This document shows, one piece after another, positions 58,733 through 64,000 of a DNA stretch of 64,000 nt. The stretch's first letter is position 1. Each line of letters opens with the position of its first letter. The stretch is from assembly GCA_965237675.1 (NCBI GenBank), contig OZ250150.1, positions 1,056,001-1,120,000 on the forward strand, written 5' to 3'. The notes below the pieces were generated by a model. The model saw only the letters and a list, made by a program, of their open reading frames with translations. It did not search any database and had not been told where the DNA came from. This DNA comes from Candidatus Latescibacterota bacterium (GTDB lineage Bacteria > Latescibacterota > UBA2968 > GCA-2709665). Position numbers and translations under genes: made by a program.

Positions 58733-60699
58733 GAACGAACACCGCGGACGGGCAGCCGCTCCCGCACCATTTCGTACCCCTCAAACAAATCCCGCGCCAC
58801 CGTTCCCTGCGCCTGGCGAGGCGGCTCGGCCCCCAGGATCTGGCAGAAGGTCGGCACGACATCGGCGGCGTGGATGTACCCCAGTTTGTCCACCGGCCGC
58901 TCGTAGCCTCGTTTCACGCCCGGCCCGGCCAGCAACCACGAACCAAAGCTGGACGAGGCCTCACTTTGGGTCGGCAGAAAACCCCCGTGGTGCGCCCCGA
59001 ACACATTGGGCGCTCCAACGCAGCCCCCACCCGCAATGCCCCGCCATTGTCCGTAGTACCCGCTCACGTACCCGTGGTCCCAGGCAAAGACCACGTCGCC
59101 GCATTGGTCTCCCCACTGCCCGAGGATGTACGCGTCCCGGCGAGGCAGGGCTATGGCCACTGGATTGCGCCCCACTTCCTGGTCAACCCACGTGCGCAAG
59201 GCCAGCAGCAACTCGGCCTCAATCCCGTCGAATTCCGGTCCCGGCTCGGCGTTGATGAAAATGTCGAACCCCTTGTCGTCCTTGAGATAGGCCCGGGTAC
59301 GCACCCAGTCGATATCCTCCTCGCGCACCTGATCTCGCAACAAGGCCTCTTCCCCGCCGCCTTTGAGCGCCAGAAAGCCCTGCTCATGCAAAAATTGCCG
59401 GATATTGGCCACCCGTACATCGGGCGAGCACCCATGGTCGGACACAACGCCCACGTACGTATGCTCATCCGCGTCCTCCCACAGCCGTCCCAAAATGCGG
59501 TCCCCCACCTGATAAGCCCGCCGAAAGTAGTCTACGTACTGTTCGGCGCGCTCAGCGTCGTACCCCGGGCATACAGGATCCACGTCCCCGAGGTGGATGT
59601 GGTTGAGGTAATCGTATAGATGCCAATGGCAGATAAAAAAAGAACAGCCCCGCTCGCGCAGCATGTAGCGGGCGACCTCGGCAAACCACGTCCCCTGGTA
59701 CTCGCATTCTTCCAGAGCCGTGTCAAAATCAGCCATCCCTGTGGTATAGGGCAACATGGAGGCGTGTTCCTGATACGGGCCAAAGCGGTCCACAAGTTCC
59801 CCGGCCAACTCGTCGGGGACAGTGAAGCCATCGGTATAAGTCACCTGGGTGCGGTAGAGCTTGAGTCGGCTGCCGTCCGCGACCAGGTCCATCAGCTTGA
59901 AGCGCAGCGACGCCGGGCGTTTGTTCCCGTCAATGGCGAATTTCTCCACCGCCCACTCGCTCCATTCCCCCACTCCGGCAACAGCGATGCAACTGGCCCC
60001 ATCCCGGTCCCGGCACACCAGCACCCGGTCGTAGCCCCTCCCGACGCTATCCACCACCAGCAAGTAGAAGGCGGAGACATCCCCGCCCAACCGGGCTATC
60101 ACCTCAATGCGGCTCTCCAGCGGCGGGGCCTCGCTCTCGGGCAGGTTCCGCCAATCCTGCGCCGGCGTCAGCGGCGGAATCGGCTCGACGCTGCGCTGGG
60201 CTTGCCGCACGGCCGTGCCATCGTGGTCCATCTCGATGGCCTCCTCCAGCGCAGCGTCCGTGGTATAGGCCTGGCAGGTAGCCACTTCAAAATCCGTGCT
60301 GCGATGTCCGGGATGGCCAAAGCCGTCCACGACAAAGCCCGTCTCCACCCCGGAAGGATGGGCGGCCGGATAGTGCACGGCCACACTTTGCATGCCCGCC
60401 CGTTCCAGGGCATTCCATATGCGCTCGGCATTGTTGGCCCGTCCGTCGAAACTGTCGATCCGCTGTCCCGGCGCGACTTCCACCCGCCAGCGCGTCACCC
60501 CGTGCGTGCCCGTGTGCGCCCCCGTCGAAAGGGTGGCCCAGTTAGTGGGGGTCCACACCGGGAAAGAGGGCAGGGTCTGGTTGACCGCACCCTCGCGCAG
60601 CATGCGCTCGAAGTGAGGCAAGGCTCCTTCCGCTGCGAATCGCTTCATCATCGGGACGATAAAGCCGTCCATGCCAAAGGCATAGATTTTGCGCTCCAT
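58729..60699 (-). CDS. Alkaline phosphatase superfamily (nucleotide pyrophosphatase/phosphodiesterase-like) protein
   Basis: GMDG, PVWTPTNWATLSTG, DYLNH, VSDHG, DVVPT. Confidence 0.88.
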   Translation of the reverse strand: MERKIYAFGMDGFIVPMMKRFAAEGALPHFERMLREGAVNQTLPSFPVWTPTNWATLSTGAHTGTHGVTRWRVEVAPGQRIDSFDGRANNAERIWNALERAGMQSVAVHYPAAHPSGVETGFVVDGFGHPGHRSTDFEVATCQAYTTDAALEEAIEMDHDGTAVRQAQRSVEPIPPLTPAQDWRNLPESEAPPLESRIEVIARLGGDVSAFYLLVVDSVGRGYDRVLVCRDRDGASCIAVAGVGEWSEWAVEKFAIDGNKRPASLRFKLMDLVADGSRLKLYRTQVTYTDGFTVPDELAGELVDRFGPYQEHASMLPYTTGMADFDTALEECEYQGTWFAEVARYMLRERGCSFFICHWHLYDYLNHIHLGDVDPVCPGYDAERAEQYVDYFRRAYQVGDRILGRLWEDADEHTYVGVVSDHGCSPDVRVANIRQFLHEQGFLALKGGGEEALLRDQVREEDIDWVRTRAYLKDDKGFDIFINAEPGPEFDGIEAELLLALRTWVDQEVGRNPVAIALPRRDAYILGQWGDQCGDVVFAWDHGYVSGYYGQWRGIAGGGCVGAPNVFGAHHGGFLPTQSEASSSFGSWLLAGPGVKRGYERPVDKLGYIHAADVVPTFCQILGAEPPRQAQGTVARDLFEGYEMVRERLPVRGVRS

Positions 60700-60858
60700 A
60701 TCTTCTCGTGTAGCGAAAGGTCGTTAGCTGTTCAGGTGGTTACCGGCATTCCCCGCAGACAGCAACCGGATCGCCGCTATCTTTTATCTCGGGGTCATCC
60801 GTTTATTGGCGGGCGGCCGCGCTCAGGATGGGATCGGGACGCGGTTCAGGAGGTATTT

Positions 60859-63800
60859 CTACTGCGCGAGGATAAAACTGCCCTTTTTCCGGGCCATTTC
60901 ACCGCTTTTCATATCGATAACGGTTACGTTCAGGGCGTACTTGCCCGCGGGGCGGTTCTCCAGTTTGAGTTCCACGTATTCGACTTCCTCGGTGTCCACA
61001 CCCTCCAGTTCGTAGGTAACTTCCAGTTCTTCCTGTTTGCCTCTCCTCCACCGGATCAGGCTGGAGATGATACCGAGTGGGCCGGGTTTGTCATCTGACG
61101 TGACGGTGTAGGAGACCTGGTAGTTCGTATGCCCGAATTCGTCATGCGTCAGGTTATAGATTTCGTAATAGACGAATACATTCTGGCCTACCCTGTAGGT
61201 CCGCGTAGGCATCGGTATGACCCACAGCTTGCCTTTGTTGAACTTATCCTCGGTCTTGGTCTTGGAAATCCGCCATGCCAGTTCCAGGTCGCTCACCTGC
61301 AGGCTCTTCCGGTCATAGGACTCGATCTCAACGTCCTGCCGGTACCGCCCGTGCTGTACGGACAGGTTATCTTTTATTTTGACTTCCATCCGATATCGCC
61401 CCGGGGGCACGTCCATGCGCGCGAGGTCCGGCACGAACGCGCTCCGTTCACCGGTCAGGTCCCCTTTCGCCGCGAAGTGTATCTTTTCCTCGCTCCGGTA
61501 GACCGCTCCGGTTGTCGGATTCCGCAGCGCCACGGTCCTGTCGACCTTGATTTCCGTCCGGTTGTCATCATTCAGATAGTGTCCCTGATGACGCGGTATC
61601 CCCACGTAGACTTCAAGTGCCGTTGCGTCATCCCTTTTGCTTTTGAAATCAGCCGAGGCGAAATAGAATTCCATTGGCAACGTGTTTTTCGGCGGTACGT
61701 AGTAGTTCGGCTGCGCAGCGACGGCCATGCGGTAGACGTTACGGGGGTTGTAGCGGGTCAACATAGCCTGCTGGCGGACGGGAATACGGGCATCCAGCGG
61801 CGCAGGCGCATAGTTGTAGGTACCGTTGTGGAATTCGTCGGTGAAGGTCATCTCGATTCCGCCACCTACGTTGACGTAGGTCCAGGTCTCCCATGGGACC
61901 ATCGAGGCGTCGTCCGCAGCGGTGACCGGGCTGAAGTGCACTGATCTTCCGCTGCCCTGCGCGTTCCCTGCAAATGCTGATTCATTCTCTTGTGTTTCAG
62001 TATCTTCGTCGTAGACTTCCGCGCGAAACCCCGGAGCCTCGCCCACGCCGCCGCGCATGCTGCGTACCGGGTAGACCGGGCCGACGTAGGTGGCGCCGGG
62101 TCCGGAGGACTGGATAGGCTCATCGCCCCAGAGGTGCCCCACGCCGTCGACGTCGGTTGAGGGCTTCATCAACATGTGTGGCGGCACGGCAGACCCGAAC
62201 AGCGCCCGGGAAAGGCGTTCTTTTACCCGCTGAACCGCGAGGGATTGCTGGAAGTTCATGTCGTCGGAGCGGGACCGGTGGTCGGGCTCGCCGAACCGGA
62301 TGTAGACTTCACCGCGCTGGTCCCACGGCTGCTTGCCCGCGGAGAAACTCTGAATGGCGTACCACACGCGCCGATAGTGCTCCAGGCGGCGTTCATTGGC
62401 TGCCGTGGTCAGATCCGGGTCTTGTTCCGACCAGAAGGCTTCCACAGACGCACGTCTGCCGGACGCCGGAGTCTGGTCAAATGCCGCAAGAGTCTCGGAA
62501 GAGGAGATCAGCCGGATATCGTCGTAGTGCGCCCGCTCGGCCTCTTCGACCCCCTCGAGATAGTCTCTGAAAAAGGCAGCGGCCCTGTCGTAGGCCTCCA
62601 GTTTCATGCAGGCCTGTGCGAGAATCGGCAAAACCTCGTCATCTTCCGGATGTTGTACGGCGTAGTCCTCCAATACCTCCAGGATACGGCCGTAGTCCTT
62701 CGTTCTCAGGTAGATCGCTCCCAGCCGCTTCCTTCCCTCCGGATCATCGGGTCGAAGGCCCATGTATTGAGCATAGTAGAGCGCGGCTTTTTCGTAGTCT
62801 TTCTCGAATTCCTCGACCCATTTCCCCATCAGCAGATAGGCGGGAGCATAGCGGGGATCCATTGACAGCACCTTTTTGATTTCCCGACGTACATCGTGTT
62901 CATCGAGTTCGTGCCGTATATCGGCAATATTGAATCGGGCTTCCACGTGGTCCCGGTCGTACTGGAGGGCTTTCTGGAAATAGCGGATGGCGTCGTACGA
63001 TCCTCTGGGCCATTTGCGGAAGGTAAGGCCCAGGCCGTAGTAGGCTTCAGCCAGTCTGTGGTCGCATTCGATCGCGCGTTCGAAGGCCTTAATGGCGCGG
63101 ACCAGCCTCCCGACCTCCAGATAGGCGAATCCAAGCCTGCTGTGCCCGCGGGCGAAGTCAGGCGCCACGCCGGCAAGGATTTCCAGGGTAGATATCGCCC
63201 TGAGCGGCTCACGCGGGGTGAGTTCAATGCCGAGAGTGAGCAGTGAGTCGATCTGTGCCCTACCCACGCGCCGGTCGACGGTACGGTAACCCGCGCCGCT
63301 ACGGACGGATTCAACCAGGTGACCGTCGTGGAAGTAGCTGGTGACAACGGCTTCAGCGTCCACTGCCTCCGGACGGTATCCGTGCGCGTAGCTGATCCGG
63401 CGGCCTTTTTTAGGGTCCGACGCTGAGCGGAACAACGTTTTCATGACAATTGAGTCGGCCGGCGTCAGCGGATGGGTTTCGATCCAGTTCTTGAGGGTCT
63501 CCAGGTCGGACGGCCGCTGGTTTTCATGGGCCTGTTCATAGGCGTAAAGGACGTCTCCGATAACGGTCAGATGGTCCCGGCAGACCCAGCGGGCGCCGGG
63601 CGCCTGTCCGGCTTCCCGGGCCGTTGCGGCCAGCGCCTTTGCGTAAGACAGGACCGGCTCATCGTAGAGCCCGTACTTTCTGAATCGCACAGGCAGGGCC
63701 TCCCATGCCCGGGAGGCTTTAACGTAGCGATCCACTGCCGCTCGAAATTCCCAGCGGTGCACGGTGGTGTAAGCCAGGGCCGAGGCGTTGAATGCGGTCG

Positions 63801-64000
63801 CAACGCCCCGCAGCACCGCCTTTGCAGCCGGACTCGGGGAGGGCGGTCTTCCGCGCTCCGCATCCGACGCCGTTCCCGGTTCCACGTCGACGGTTCCGGT
63901 CAACCGTGTGATGGAACCGTCGCGGATCGAGACTTCCCAGACATTGGATGGGACCAGCGGTACGGATCGCTTCGGCACCATGGTCAGACTATGCACGGGG
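60859..64000 (-). CDS. GWxTD-type domain TPR protein (5' end outside window)
   Basis: FWSEQDPDLTTAANERRLEHYRRVWYA...PWDQRGEVYIRFGEPDHR; paralog of 54962-58732. Confidence 0.85.
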   Translation of the reverse strand, partial: PVHSLTMVPKRSVPLVPSNVWEVSIRDGSITRLTGTVDVEPGTASDAERGRPPSPSPAAKAVLRGVATAFNASALAYTTVHRWEFRAAVDRYVKASRAWEALPVRFRKYGLYDEPVLSYAKALAATAREAGQAPGARWVCRDHLTVIGDVLYAYEQAHENQRPSDLETLKNWIETHPLTPADSIVMKTLFRSASDPKKGRRISYAHGYRPEAVDAEAVVTSYFHDGHLVESVRSGAGYRTVDRRVGRAQIDSLLTLGIELTPREPLRAISTLEILAGVAPDFARGHSRLGFAYLEVGRLVRAIKAFERAIECDHRLAEAYYGLGLTFRKWPRGSYDAIRYFQKALQYDRDHVEARFNIADIRHELDEHDVRREIKKVLSMDPRYAPAYLLMGKWVEEFEKDYEKAALYYAQYMGLRPDDPEGRKRLGAIYLRTKDYGRILEVLEDYAVQHPEDDEVLPILAQACMKLEAYDRAAAFFRDYLEGVEEAERAHYDDIRLISSSETLAAFDQTPASGRRASVEAFWSEQDPDLTTAANERRLEHYRRVWYAIQSFSAGKQPWDQRGEVYIRFGEPDHRSRSDDMNFQQSLAVQRVKERLSRALFGSAVPPHMLMKPSTDVDGVGHLWGDEPIQSSGPGATYVGPVYPVRSMRGGVGEAPGFRAEVYDEDTETQENESAFAGNAQGSGRSVHFSPVTAADDASMVPWETWTYVNVGGGIEMTFTDEFHNGTYNYAPAPLDARIPVRQQAMLTRYNPRNVYRMAVAAQPNYYVPPKNTLPMEFYFASADFKSKRDDATALEVYVGIPRHQGHYLNDDNRTEIKVDRTVALRNPTTGAVYRSEEKIHFAAKGDLTGERSAFVPDLARMDVPPGRYRMEVKIKDNLSVQHGRYRQDVEIESYDRKSLQVSDLELAWRISKTKTEDKFNKGKLWVIPMPTRTYRVGQNVFVYYEIYNLTHDEFGHTNYQVSYTVTSDDKPGPLGIISSLIRWRRGKQEELEVTYELEGVDTEEVEYVELKLENRPAGKYALNVTVIDMKSGEMARKKGSFILAQ

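Noticed and set aside
58491-63246. Plus-strand ORFs (58870, 59620, 61129, 62176)
   Set aside because: Antisense shadows of the phosphodiesterase and GWxTD genes
1-64000. tRNA/rRNA genes, prophage, integrase or autonomous IS
   Set aside because: No recognisable motifs found by eye on either strand

Overview
GC-rich bacterial chromosome window. It begins in the 3' end of the F1 ATP synthase operon (atpD, atpC) and ends inside a large GWxTD-type TPR protein. Gene content (GWxTD/TPR proteins, Kelch-repeat lipoproteins, heparinase/alginate-lyase-like enzymes, Gfo/Idh/MocA, many small TA loci) suggests a Latescibacterota/Gemmatimonadota-like, possibly host- or sponge-associated organism; this is inference only. 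Main points: (1) a tandem array of four Kelch beta-propeller lipoproteins plus a fifth nearby, with hypervariable ligand-face positions and spacers built from mosaic palindromic repeats; (2) two GWxTD-type proteins that appear to carry an internal pilin-head (DUF1559/H-X9-DG-like) domain; (3) a PspA-YbjN-DUF4178 / lipoprotein-DUF350-spermidine synthase envelope-stress cluster split into two convergent halves; (4) repeated decay of TA toxins next to intact antitoxins; (5) a ~755 bp direct duplication giving an alternative C-terminus for a lyase gene and bracketing a yihY gene plus a truncated MscS-like fragment; (6) at least five families of short intergenic repeats stacked into mosaics. I found no rRNA, tRNA, CRISPR array, integrase, transposase or reverse transcriptase. 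Family names come from motif recognition by eye, not from database searches.
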